59,483 nucleotides of DNA from positions 35,513,294-35,572,776 of the forward strand of contig NC_057720.1 in NCBI RefSeq assembly GCF_004010195.1. Direction: 5' to 3'. Every line of letters begins with the position of its first letter. Positions within the stretch are counted from its first letter, which is position 1. Source of the DNA: Chiloscyllium plagiosum (taxonomy: Eukaryota). Of the stretch, positions 38,590-51,100 are shown one piece after another. Both the position numbers and the translations under genes were made by a program. The notes beneath the pieces were generated by a model. The model was not told where the DNA came from and made no database searches. It worked only from the letters and a program-made list of their open reading frames with translations.

Positions 38590-40375
38590 GGGCTGAATTT
38601 CCTTTGCCTAAGTCCAAGCTGTGTCAGGTTTTTTTTAGAGGGATTCCTGTTGCATGCTTCTCTTGCCATATCTTACTAAACTCACGCCATTAACTACCTA
38701 TCCCATCCCATGTGGTGTCCCTTATAACCAATTCTAGCTCCATCTTACCATGCGCTGTTCCTAAATCAACGATCAAAAACGGCCAGTCTAGAGATACTGT
38801 GCATGCTTCTTGACATTTTCCCCAGATGTAGCAGGTTGAGAAATATGCCCCTTCTCTGCCGGCAGGAACTTGGAGGCCCTGTTGGATGGGCTAGACCAGA
38901 CATGGGGCTTTCTCTTCTCGAAGGACAGGTGGTGGAAGCTACAGTCAGACCATGACAGCTTGGTCTGAAATTTCCACCAGGTTAAAGCAGTTGCAGCCAT
39001 CTGGAGGAATGCCCGGTCATATCAGACTGTACCACTATAAATATCACCATCATCTCTTTGATATCTCATCAAACAATGTTCCATTTATTCACTCTATCTC
39101 TGCTCCTGCACCCACTTCCCACTATGGTTTCTGCTTTAACATCTCACAATTGCCTGCAACATCATCCTTCAATCATTCTCACCAACCTAACCATGGGTCC
39201 ATCAATCTTGCCTGCCCTCTGTGCTGCCTACTCACTTGCTTGGGATACTTCCCCACTTGCGACAAAAATAACAGCTATGTCACTCATTTTAGTCTTCCTT
39301 AATACCTACCTATTTCTCTCTCATTCCAGGTGGAAAACTGCATAAATTAGGGAATAAAATGGCCAGACAGGTTGAGGGCTGCCCAACATTTGGCTCCTTC
39401 CCTGTTATGTGGTGAGCTTTCTGATTCTGACCACCCGAGTAACTGACTGACTGAGTGATCGACTGTTTTCAGGTCCCTGGACCAGCACTGGGGTCTACCC
39501 ATGACTTATAGTGCCAGGATCTCCTGACTGAAGTTTATACCCCTTGAAGACTGAAATCTGTTGACAACCATGACAAGCTTCCTTGTTTTGTGTTTTGATT
39601 TAATCTGCAAGGCAAGACAGTACTAATGAGTTTGGTGCTGCTAGCTGATGAGGCAAAGTTCATCAAGAGATAAATATAGTAGCTGTACAGTGTGGTTGCG
39701 CAGGAACTTGATGTTGTCCACAATTTCCCACATTCTCATTATCAGGCACAGCAACTGCATGGCTATCCTTTATAACCTTGCTCTATTTATTTATTTACTT
39801 ACTAAGATTTATTTATTTAATCAACTTAATTTTACTAACAGCCTCCCAATGTTACACTGATACTGATTGTGCATATGCAAATATATTCCTGACGAAGGGC
39901 TTTTGCCCGAAACATCGATTTCGAAGCTCCTTGGATGCTACCTGAACTGCTGTGCTCTTCCAGCACCACTAATCCAGAATCTGGTTTCCAGCATCTGCAG
40001 TCATTGTTTTTACTACCACTGCATCACAAGGGCTTTACAAATATCAAGTGAGTCATGAAGAGACATTGGACACACATGGGTTTTTAAGCTGAAAATCAAG
40101 GTGTCTTTGAGACAACTTTATCAAGGTCTTAGGAACTCCTTTAGGATTGAAGATGTCTTTCTTCCACTTCCGTATTGTATTTCCTGAGATAACTAATTGG
40201 ATCATCACACCCTCCCATAGGTGGGATAGGTGGTGTTTGAAGGTGAGATACTCATGTGTTTGCACGTGATCTTCACGTAGACATGTCAGATATGTTCCAA
40301 ATGGCGGCATCTTCACAGGTGCTTCTTCGCCAATTTGGCTAGCTTTGGGCTAGAGATTGCCAGAAATAGACAAAG
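38590..40375. mobile_element. Probable decayed PIF/Harbinger element
   Basis: Starts GGGCTGAATTT; + strand 38848-38985 reads PFSAGRNLEALLDGLDQ...MTAWSEISTRL (Myb/SANT-like); weak transposase-like trace on minus near 40150-40270. Confidence 0.5.
39884..40013 (+). mobile_element. Solo Penelope pLTR (family B) starting at hammerhead
   Basis: ATTCCTGACGAAGGGCTTTTGCCCGAAACATC ... CAGCATCTGCAGTCATTGTTTTTAC; matches 13464-13593. Confidence 0.88.
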
Positions 40376-42133
40376 ACATTATGTTTTTCAGGGAGGCTTT
40401 AAGGCCAAAAATTAAACATTTCTTCTGTCCTGATAAGCACTTGCTGTGATGAAGCTCAGAATAGGGAGCTTGTTTTGGAAAGTGTACATCTAAGTTATAT
40501 AAACTTATTTAAAATGTTATTTAAAACTATTCAACCTCTCTGAATGACTTGTGTATGTTGAACCAGTTTTCATAATAAAATTCGAAGTCAGGTTTTGATT
40601 ACTTGTGAGGTGAACATGAACCTGAAAACAATGCAGGAACAGATTCCTGCTGTGCAAGAGCTGCCAGTTGAAGACCATCTTACAACAGCATGGAACTAAA
40701 GTTTGTATTTTGCTCCGTGGCATGAAGAGGTGCGCACACTCTGTTGACTTTTTTTTAACACAAATTAAAATTCTGCTGCAATGATTCCTTTTGAAGTGGA
40801 AGTTCTGTCAGGAAGTTAAGGTAGAGGTTGACTCAGGCCAATCAAAACAGCACAATAGTTTTTTTTAAGAATGAATTGTCAATATTGTCTGGTCTAAATT
40901 TAAGCTTAATATTGCTTTAAATCACAGCTCTGCATATTTGGCCATCATGTAACACAAGTGTTGTTTCAGCAAGCTGGCAGAATCAATATGTTCCTATGTA
41001 AGCAATATCATATGTATAAAGTTATTTGACACCATGTACTACATGGAACATCCAAATTCTGGAACCTTCAAGGATATGAGACCAAAAATAGCACACCCTG
41101 TCTTCCCTGTCTGGACAAAGTTTGACTGGATGATCATCCTCTCATAGAACAAACCGGCAGCTTTGTTTAGTTAATGCAGGTCCCTGGCTCATGAGAATGT
41201 TTAGTCTGGATGACTTCAATGACTCTGACATCCTGTGCGTCGTGAACATCTGCAGAACTCATTTATTCTTACAGAAGCTCCAGAAAATTTGTAACCACAA
41301 GAAAATGATTCAAGTTGATAATTGTTATGTCAAAGAATGTAAAATCAGTTATGTACTCAAGGTGTGAAAGCAGATTGTTATTGATACATTTGTGATATTC
41401 AAGGGAATTTCATATATTGTGTTCAAAACTTAGCGATTGTGTATAATTTAATTTGGCCTATCAAGTACTGCAGGTAAAATGCAACCAATTTTGAACTGAA
41501 ATAAAAGGCTTCATTGGAAAGCTTCCAGAACTGAAAAGGATGCTTTATTCATTTTTTGTTGAGATAACTTGTTGTTCTCTCTCTGTATTATCCTGTCATC
41601 TGTTCCAACAAAACTTGGTGGGGCTATGTGTAATGATGTTGCCAAAAACTCCAGATCTCAGCACCCTCCCTAACATACTGTGCAGCAGCATGCAACTTTC
41701 TGGCAAAGACTATCATGCACCCATCTCTGAATACATACTCCCAATTGAATGCAACGACATACTTTATAACTGGAGCCTTTGATGAAACATCCCCTTGATA
41801 ACAAACCCCTTCCCCCAGCTTCCTGTATTCATAACATCACTATCCCACATATTCACCAACTGACAACACTTTGAAACACTTTGTGCTGTGTTTCACTTAT
41901 AAGATGACCTGCTCATCCCACCGACTGCCCATCTTCTATCTCAGTACTCATGTCCAGCAACCTACCTGAACAAGACCTACCAGCAAACACTCACCAGAAC
42001 CAGGAATGGAAGACAATAAATATCACTAATAGGTTCCTTGTGGGAAACGACATTTATCAAATGGCAGACTTTGAACTCTTATGGTAAATGATCCTAATTA
42101 AACAGGTTTAGAAGGTGTGCATCCAGCCTCCAC

Positions 42134-42450
42134 CATAGACTCATACAGAATTGAAACAGACCCTTTGGTTCAACTCGTCCATGCTGAAGCAGGTTTCCTA
42201 AACTAAACTAGTCCCACTTGCCTGCATTTGGCCCATGTCCCTCTAAACCTTTCCTATTCGTGTATTAATCCAAATGTCTTTTAAATATTGTAACTGTACC
42301 TGCATATACCACTTCCTCTGGCAGTTCATTCCACATACGAACCACCCTCTGTGTGAACAAGTTGTCTCTCATATCCCGTTTAAATCTTTCTGCTCTCTTA
42401 AAAATATGTCCCCTAGTTTTGAATTCCCCAACCCTCGGGAAAAGACCTTT
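42134..42450 (-). mobile_element. CR1 3' fragment
   Basis: FKTRGH...LFTQRVVRMWNELPEEVV in ORF 42265-42522. Confidence 0.9.
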
Positions 42451-43174
42451 GTATTGACATGCAGGTCCTACTTTTGAAATTATTATAAAAATGTCAGTGT
42501 GGAACAAAGCAATCTGGCCCATTATGCCAATATTAATTCTTTACAGGAGTAATACAAAGCTAATCTCGCTGTCCTATACTCTGTCATATAACACTGTGCA
42601 TGATATAACACTGTGTATAATAGTGTGCTGGCATCCAGAATGGGCCCACTGTGATGAGATTACTGAACTTCTTGTGGCACTCCAGTGTAATTCTATGAGA
42701 GTCACATCCTATCAGATGGTGTGAATTAGGTTCCAAACAATTGGCTAGTTCAGAAATAAATATGTTCAACTTGCCCCAGGAGAGTTCAGAGGTTGAAATC
42801 TGGGTGAGTGTTCTGTAGTTGGCTGTTATGTCATATTGCCTTATTTAACTGCTGACTGCAGAGGATCCTGCTGTAGACATTTTTGAAAAGTGTGAGAAAA
42901 ATAATTATGAGCCATGCAGTGAAGTTATCTGAGTCACATGAGCACTGTTCCTTAACTGGTACCAAAGCAAGATATTTAGCCAAAACTGTTGTCTTAAAGG
43001 CTACACTCTAATTTTCATTTAGTTCATCTGATCAGACATGTTTTGCATGAGATTTATACTAATCATTACTGGAGTGGATATGCAAACATGTTGATGCTAG
43101 AAATGCCCAGAAATGCTCAATACTTCTGACCACCAATGTGCAATCCTTTTTCCTGTGGAATCATAATGGTGTGA

Positions 43175-43322
43175 GGCATCTGGATGGGTATATGGGTAGG
43201 AAGTCTTTAGAGGGATATGGGCCAAAGGCTGGCAAATGAGTCTACATTATGTTAGTATATCTAGTTGGCATAGATGAGTTGGACTGAAGGGTGTATTCTG
43301 TGTTGTATATCTCTATGACTCT
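43175..43322 (+). mobile_element. CR1 3' tail
   Basis: GGCATCTGGATGGGTATATG ... CTCTATGACTCT. Confidence 0.85.
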
Positions 43323-44097
43323 TATCACTGCCATGAAATACATCTCCACCTACTCTCTTTCTGATTCATGTCCTTTCCACAAAAATTTTATTATTTAAAT
43401 TCAATTCAGTTTGAAATGATAGTCTCTGCATTTGTTACTGATTGACCAAGCAGTCTAAACAGCCTATTCATATTTACCCTTTTTAAAATTGTTACACGAT
43501 CATCCAGTCATCTTTGTTTCACAGAAAGGTAAACTGGGTGACCCCACTACTGCCTGGGATGCTGCCAGCTTCATGGAGGCAGCCTTGCTGCTGTAATCTA
43601 AGGAGATATTGGAGAATAAGGCTCCATGCTGCAAACAGAGGGCTCTGGTATCAAAAGCAGTCCCTGTGGATCTCAGTGATCCGGGCAGAGAGAATTTCCT
43701 GCAATCTCTGAGACCTCACTCTTTGACCATTCTATGTATTAACTCTATGATAATGCCTTCATTTTGTGGCCCTGAATTACCTCAGTATGGTTCACCACTC
43801 TTGCTGGTGCTATTGAGACTTCAGAGCTCTCAGCCCTCTGAGCCTGCATTATCAGGAGCCTGCAAACTATCTTTAATTAGATAGTGGTCCTGCAGTAAAA
43901 TCAGTGAGCCAATCCTGCTGCCAGGAAGTGGAGGCTAGAATTTCACCTATCAGCCCAAAGTCAGGGTGACAAAGCTCACAGTAAAATTCAGCTCAATGAT
44001 TCAGATCTATGTCATGTCATCTTTAATATAAAGCAATGTCTCAATGTGTTCAAAAGTAGAGTTAGTGGGAAATGGATGCTTTCCAGAATGTCAGAGA

Positions 44098-44245
44098 CAA
44101 GAACAATAAAGAACTGTGGATGGTGGGAATCTGAAACACAAACAGAAATTACGGGAGAACTAGCAGGTCTAGCAGCATCTGGTGGAGAGAAAACAGAGTC
44201 AACAATTCTGGATTCTGAGGAAGGGTCACTGGACCCAAAGGGTTG
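44098..44245. mobile_element. Family D pLTR: antisense arm followed by sense hammerhead remnant
   Basis: Antisense pLTR followed by TTCTGAGGAAGGGTCACTGGACCCAAAG. Confidence 0.65.
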
Positions 44246-45900
44246 CTGCTGTCACAATGAGGTGTTCACCACTCCAAATGGGCCAAATGCCCTTCATGCC
44301 TGCTTGGGTGTGGATGTACTTGTAGAGACTTTCCCCATGATGCCTACCCCTCACCCCACTCTTTGGTAGAGGCCTGGCTACTGAATCTGTTTTCTTTGTT
44401 TACAATTTTTTTAAAAATGCAGTGAGAAGGCACCTCCATATATTAAAGTGTCCTTTCTTTCACCTGCAACTTGGTATTCCTCTGAAGCCTGTTTTTTGAC
44501 CTCAACTGGACTGGGAACTTACTACCTCCATGCCAATTAAGGGGTATCTCTGTGAAAATCTTAGTGACGGTTTCCAATGGACTAAGGAAAATAATTATTA
44601 GATAGAAAAACAATTCCAACTCATAACATTTGTCTGACATCAAGGCTGAACATTGCCAGAAATTCCTACTGCTATATGAAAATCCAACACTTGGGTCTAC
44701 TGAAAGTGATTGGCACAGATGCCATGGAGGGCTACTTGGGTAGGGGGATTGCGTGAGTGAGAGCAACTGAAGGTAGATACTATGTGCTATATTGAATGTG
44801 GTGGAGCATGAGCCTTGGTGGGAGGTCAGTGCAGTATCAGAGATGCAGTGAGTGTCCAGGGCAAGTTAATCAAATCATGCAGGGCAGCCCTGGACTGAGT
44901 GTACTTGACCAGGTACAGAACAGCCTTTTTAAGTAAGGGTCAGTACCAGGGATATCCTGGCAGTGGCGAATACTTCCACTTACTCTGAGTGGAATTGTAC
45001 CAGCATCAAATGAGCAGGGGGTCACAAGGGTGTAGTAACTAATCAAAGAGGAGAGGTTTGGACAACAGCATGAGAAACCTCACTAGAACTTTCAGGAGGA
45101 AACCCAACATGAAACTCAACAAAAATGACACTTAGTTGTTTTCTGGTAAAATTCAGCCTTGGATGTTAGACCAATGTGATGGGTAACATTAGAAATATGG
45201 AGGGCCAGAGCGATGTTCAAATGAGCTAAAATGGACAAAACCCAGATGCAAGGAAATGTGCTCAAAATTTAGAATACTAGAAGAGGAAGCAGGATGTACC
45301 AGGTGGTTTGTAGTAATTCAGTGGCAGTAAGAAGATTTTTGGATTATTTTTAAATTTAAATTATATTTAACTCTTCATCATGTCACCATAGGGAAAACCA
45401 AAATGTGACTGTAATCATTGTAACGTCACAGAAAACAGCATTCTATGTGAGATATCAGTGGCATCAACATTAGGTAAAGACTTCTGCTAAATTGCAAAAA
45501 TGTTAGAAGAGCAATCGTGGGATTTCATATTGCAAATAGACAACTTTCTAACATGTAACAATGTATTTGGGTCCAGAAATATTTGATTACAGTACAACAC
45601 CATGGAACACTGCAACCACAATATCTCCAGTAGGAATCAACTGACCTGATATGGAAGCCGAAAAGCTAACTGTACTTGTAGGATTACACATAAGTTGAAG
45701 TTCATTTGTAATTGATAACTCTAAATCATGATCACAGTAATAAATTGTGATTTAAATCTTCAGCCACTCTGAGTTACTAATCTAGATTGAAAAATGATGC
45801 TGAATTATTTTAGTTTCAATGCTCATTAAGTACTTCTATTACTTTTGTGAGGCTATAGTCCTTTTTAAGAAATATGACAAAATACAAATACAAATCTCTC

Positions 45901-46996
45901 CATAGCATCATAGAGATGTACAGCACGGAAGCACACCTTTCGGTCCAACTTGTCCATGCCGACCAGATATCCCAACCCAATCTAGTCTCACCTGCCAGCA
46001 CCTGGCCCACATCCCTCTAAACCCTTCCTATTCATATACCCATCCAGATGCCTTTTAAATGTTGCAATTGTACTAGCCTCAACCACTTCCTCTGGCAGCT
46101 CATTCCATACATGTACCATCCTCGGCACGAAACGACTGCCCCTTAGGTCTCTTTTATGTCTTTCCTCTCTCACCGTAAACCTATGCCCTCTAGTTCTGGA
46201 TTCCCCCACCCCAGGGAACAGACCTTGTCTATTTATCCTATCCATGCCCCTCACGACTTTAGAAACCTCTATAAAGTCACTGCTCAGTCTCCAACGCTCC
46301 AGGGAAAACAGCCCTAGCCTATTCAACCTCTCCCTATAGCTCAAATTCTCCAACTCTGGCAACATCCTTCTAAATCTTTCCTGAACCCTTTCAAATTTCA
46401 CAACATCTTTTTGATAGGAAGGAGACCAGAATTGCACACAATATTCCAAAAGTGGCCGAATCAATGTCCTGTACAGCTGCAACATGACCTCCCAACTCCT
46501 GCACTCCATACTCTGACCAATAAAAGAAAGCATACGAAACTCCTTCTTCACTATCCTATCTACCTGCGACTCCACTTTCAAGGAGCTATGAACCTGCACT
46601 CCAAGGTCTCTTTGTTCAGCAACACTCCCCAGGACCTTACCATTAAGTATATAAGTCCTGCTAAGACTTGCTTTCCAAAAATGCCGCACCTCAAATTTAT
46701 CTAAATAAAACTCCATCTGCCACTTCTCAACCCATTGGCCCATCAGATCAAGATCCCGTTGTAATCTGAGGTAACCTTCTTCGCTGTCCATTACACCTCC
46801 AATTTTGGTGTCATCTGCAAACTTATTAACTATACCTCTTATGCTCACTTCCAAATCATTTATATAAATGATTAAAGTAGTGGACCCAGCACTGATCCTT
46901 TTGCTCTGCTCACAGGCCTACAGTCTGAAAAACAACCCTTCACCACCACCCTCTGTTTTCTACCTTTGAGCCAGTTCTGTATCCAAATGGCTAGTT
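45901..46996 (-). mobile_element. 5'-truncated CR1 LINE with 288-codon uninterrupted ORF2 segment (45988-46854)
   Basis: KFADDTKIGG RT catalytic motif, LQRDLD, WQMEF, YRTLIRPLLEYCVQFWSP; CR1 tail. Confidence 0.96.
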
Positions 46997-47859
46997 ACTT
47001 CTGAAAGACTTGGAAGTACTTTGAATGTAGAGGTGAATGATGACAATAAAAAAGGAATAAAATCTGAAACACAAATTAAAAATCAGCATCATAAGTTTTC
47101 ATGTATTACAATGCTCCTTTTAAATTTTTTTTTTTATATGCTGCAAACTCACAAATGGGAGTAATCCAAGTGAACAAAATCATTAAAGTTAGGGCAGATA
47201 CTTGCCTGTTAGGATGGATTTTTTTTTAAAAGGTGTACTTTAAGAATACACACTTGAATATGTTCCAAAAGGCTACCCGCCAAGAGTAAACTTGATACAT
47301 TTTTCAATCAAATGTTATCCTTTCTTCCTCAGTAGATCAATAGCAATTGAGTTATGAGCTTGAGATATTTCCAAAGAATGTTGACAAAGAACAGCATCAA
47401 TCATAAACATAATAAACTATCAATATAGCAGACTTTGTCCCAAAACAATGCCACACAATATCCCATACAAGTGAATGAGGCTTGAGTGTTTGTAGTCATT
47501 CTGAAATCACACAAACTATACATAGGTCCTTCACACTAGCATAATATTCCAAGTAACACACCACCATGGTGCAACATCTACTTTTATCAGTAGTTATTTT
47601 GATTTGTCTTCGAGGTTTTGAAAAATAAAATACAGATTGAAACAATTATGACCACAACCATGGATTTAAATCTAACAGATTGACTTCTAATTATCAGCCA
47701 TATTTTTCCCTGGCCTCTCAAATCCTTAATTCTGTAATCTTGAAGAGTTTCACAACCCTTCGACATCTGTGCTTTCTGATCCTGTTTTGTTTTTGAGAGT
47801 CCCTGAATTTAATTTGACCAAAACAGTGGCCATACTTTATCACTCAAAGTTTTGGACTT

Positions 47860-48040
47860 ACCTTCCTAAAATATTCCACCTTGTACCTCTGTTTCATGTA
47901 TTCATGGTCTTTAAAACCTATCTTTTCAACCAAGCTTTCGGTGGTATACCTTACATTACTTTCATTTTATAATGCTCCTGTGAAGTGCCTTAGGCTATTT
48001 TAATCCATTAAAGGCACTATATAAGTACAACGTGCTGTTG
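47860..48040 (+). mobile_element. L2-like 3' tail
   Basis: TTAAAACCTATCTTTTCAACCAAGCTTT ... CCTGTGAAGTGCCTTAGG ... TTAAAGGCACTATATAAGTACAA. Confidence 0.65.
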
Positions 48041-48934
48041 TACTTTAAAGGTATGGAATTGTTCAACCTGTACACTAGATGGTGCTGCTTTAGGAAATGA
48101 CAGTTCACTTCAATGTAGCAATTCACCTTGATACAGTAATTTCCTCTTTGAGATTGACTACCCACCCTTCTTTTCATTTACCTTCTTTCCATTCACTCTT
48201 TGGAATTCTTCCTCAAATTGCTTCTGTCTTCTATTCTGTCCCTTGCTCATAGGTTTCTTTAAAGCTAAATAATTTTAGTCATGCTTTATTCTCATCACAA
48301 TCGCCTCTGTCTGCTACTTAATGGCCTCCTTTCACCTTCAATCTGTCCTTAGATTTTCTAATGGTGACTGTCAATTCAGGCAAGCTGGCATATAGCAGCA
48401 CAGTTCATGCTGAGTAAGAGTGAGTCAGAGGGGCATACTTTGCGTCCCTCTGCTCACCAGAAACAGCTCAGTAACTAAGCTAAAATGGAAGTGATGGACA
48501 TTGCCTTATGCTTTCTTGGTTGCATGTTTACTGGGGGTTTCAACTTACTAGTTGAGTTATCTCCATGGGATCTGGTGGATGTCTCATTAATCTATACAAG
48601 GCAGGATTCTACAATTACCTGATGCAATAGTAATGGTCTAATGGAGTGGGTGAGCATCATGGGCACTCTGCTGGCATGCGAGATTGGTCAACATTTAGGC
48701 TGTTTGATATTACATCAGCTTGGAGCAAAATGCAGCAGCACATGCTTGTTTGGCACTCTCCAGTGCCATGAGTCATGAGATGTGATTCTTGAAATGGTTT
48801 GACCATCTGCCTGCAGTTTTTGAGCAGCTGACCAGGATCTATGTAGGTCAGCCACTCAAAAGTTAAAATCTTCCCCAAAGTGTTCAGGCTCAACTGCACA
48901 CACTAGACCTTAAATACATATTCCCAACAAATGT

Positions 48935-49290
48935 TGCAATGCGGTATTGAGAGTGTTCTGCAATATTGAAGTTTCTGCCCTTCATACAGACTTGAGAACT
49001 TTGGTTCTGTCTGTTGATTTCTGTGATTCAAGTGATATTGAGCATCAATTTGCTTGATTTCTAGATTAATAGCAGTTTCTCCTAGTTTCCCAGCCAACAT
49101 TCCTCCATCAAAAGGATCCTTAAAATCAAATTAACTGACCATTCAACTCATTGCTTTTCAGGTAATCTAATTGTTTGCAACATGGTGATCATTTTTGCTT
49201 GTTCACCTGTAGCTACATTCAACGTAGTTCATTGTATGCAACCCATTTCGAATCATTTCTGAGAAACATTAATTCATGCCTTTCTTTTTG
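48935..49290 (+). mobile_element. Highly decayed DeuSINE-like SINE
   Basis: Same motif order as 8730-9000 (AGCAGTTTCTCCTAGTTTCCCAGCCAACATTCCTCC...CTCATTGCT). Confidence 0.45.
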
Positions 49291-50206
49291 GTAAATGCAA
49301 ACATTTGATCTTTGGTATAAACTAAATAACTGATCCCACCCAATTGGTGAAAGAAACGCTGCGATTAACTTTAACTGTCCCCTGGTAGAGAAGGAGGTAC
49401 AAAAAAGCCCACACTGGGTTTCTACTTCTCATTACTAACCAATAATTGCTGCAAGAAAGAACATGCTTCAGGATATTGAGTGAGGAATGAATGGGACCCA
49501 ACTGTGAATCAAATCCACAGTCGAACAACTTGCTGACACTCTGACCTAGATTTTCCCATTGATGTTATTTAAATCCACACTAGATTTTCAGTATTAAGAG
49601 AAAAAGCCATCAGATTACCTGATTTTGAATGAGAAAAATAGGACAAAGCTTAAACAATAGTCAGGATGCATAGAATAGTGTGTTTCATCTACATTGACAA
49701 CAAAAAAATTCTAAAACTGAAGACACAAGTTATAACTCTTTAGGGACACTGTTGAAAGTAATTAACTGTATATTTATATTTTGCTCACATTTTGCTTTAA
49801 GTAGGTGCTGTCTATGTTTCACAAATTAAGTGTGTATTCATATCCTTCAGTGAATGTTGTACAAGCTCCAACCCTCCTTTCCACTTGTGGCATAGCATAT
49901 TAATTACATCTGTAAAATCCTCAAAGAATGTGTTGAAAGAAAAAAACATTTAAGTACGAGATGTTTGACTTGGGGCACAACTTTTAACTAGTGAATTCGT
50001 ACGTTCATATGCGTGTACAGTATGAGAAAAGGAGGGCAATTATTAAAGTAATTAGTCCAAATGATGTTAATCAAAATGAAGCAAGCTGTTCTCTGTGAGC
50101 AGAAGCATTTTTATAAACAGTTTGGAAAAAATAATTTGGGCAGTTTAACTATTTATTTCCTTTGCAGATTTAAAAAATGTCTTTTGAATTTCGTGACTAT
50201 CTCTGG

Positions 50207-50340
50207 AAAATAAAACAAAGGACTGTGGATGCTGGAAATCAGAAACAAAAGTAAACATTTCTGGATAAACTCAGCAGGTCTGGCAACACCTGTGGAGAGA
50301 AAGCAGAGCGAATGTTTCGAGTCCAGTGATCCTTCTTCAT
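50207..50340 (-). mobile_element. Penelope pLTR (family D)
   Basis: Minus strand TGAAGAAGGATCACTGGACTCGAAACATTC ... CCAGCATCCACAGT. Confidence 0.7.
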
Positions 50341-50939
50341 ATATTGCCAGACCTGATGACAATCTATACGTGTTTGTTTTACATGCCTGGCTAAGACAGA
50401 CATAGTTCAAAATTCAGATTGGTAGTGCTTGTAGTTTGGGAGAGTGCTATTTGAGGTCCGAAATTCCATTCTATGTGCAGGCGCAGGTATGCACATTTTT
50501 AGGTGTATTGCTCTGGATGTCATATTTGGGAAATGTGCAGAACAGCAGATTATGACATTATTCAGCATGAAACACTGATGCCAGCAGTACCATTGTGGAA
50601 GGTTACACTTCAGGTAACACCTGCTCTTAAATACACAGATGAGAACATGAAGGAAGGGCACGCACCACCGCTATTTTAAAATATATCATCAGCTGCTTAC
50701 AAAACAGTTGCTGACTGATTTATTTTGGTTGTTGACTCTACAAGTATTTAGCTCTTTCTAGGATTGTTTGCCAGGCATGAGGTTGTAGTCTACCAGCCAT
50801 CAGATTGTGGGTAATCCAGCAGTTTTTTTGACTTCACAGCTTCTGCACAATTCAGTCACTCCCAGTCATAACTGCTAATGCCATTGCAATATAATATAAC
50901 TTGGAAAGTGTACAGACACCACACAATGAATGAAAAGCT

Positions 50940-51100
50940 ACAGGACAAAGAGGAAGAGGGTTCTCGGCAGAGGACCTCATCCGCTTGTGGTTTGTCAGCA
51001 ATTGTCCTACATGAAGCTCAGTGAACAACAGCGTGACATCTGTGCTTCAAGAAGGAAGTTGTCATTGAAATCTTCCATCTGCTGCAACTTGTTAATCTAT
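50940..51100 (+). mobile_element. Harbinger transposase N-terminal remnant
   Basis: RVLGRGPHP...LSYMKLSEQQ / HLCFKKEVVIEIFHLLQ across a frameshift, resembling Harbinger transposase N-termini. Confidence 0.55.

Noticed and set aside
49330..49550. Possible ancient SINE core
   Set aside because: Resemblance too weak to name or bound.
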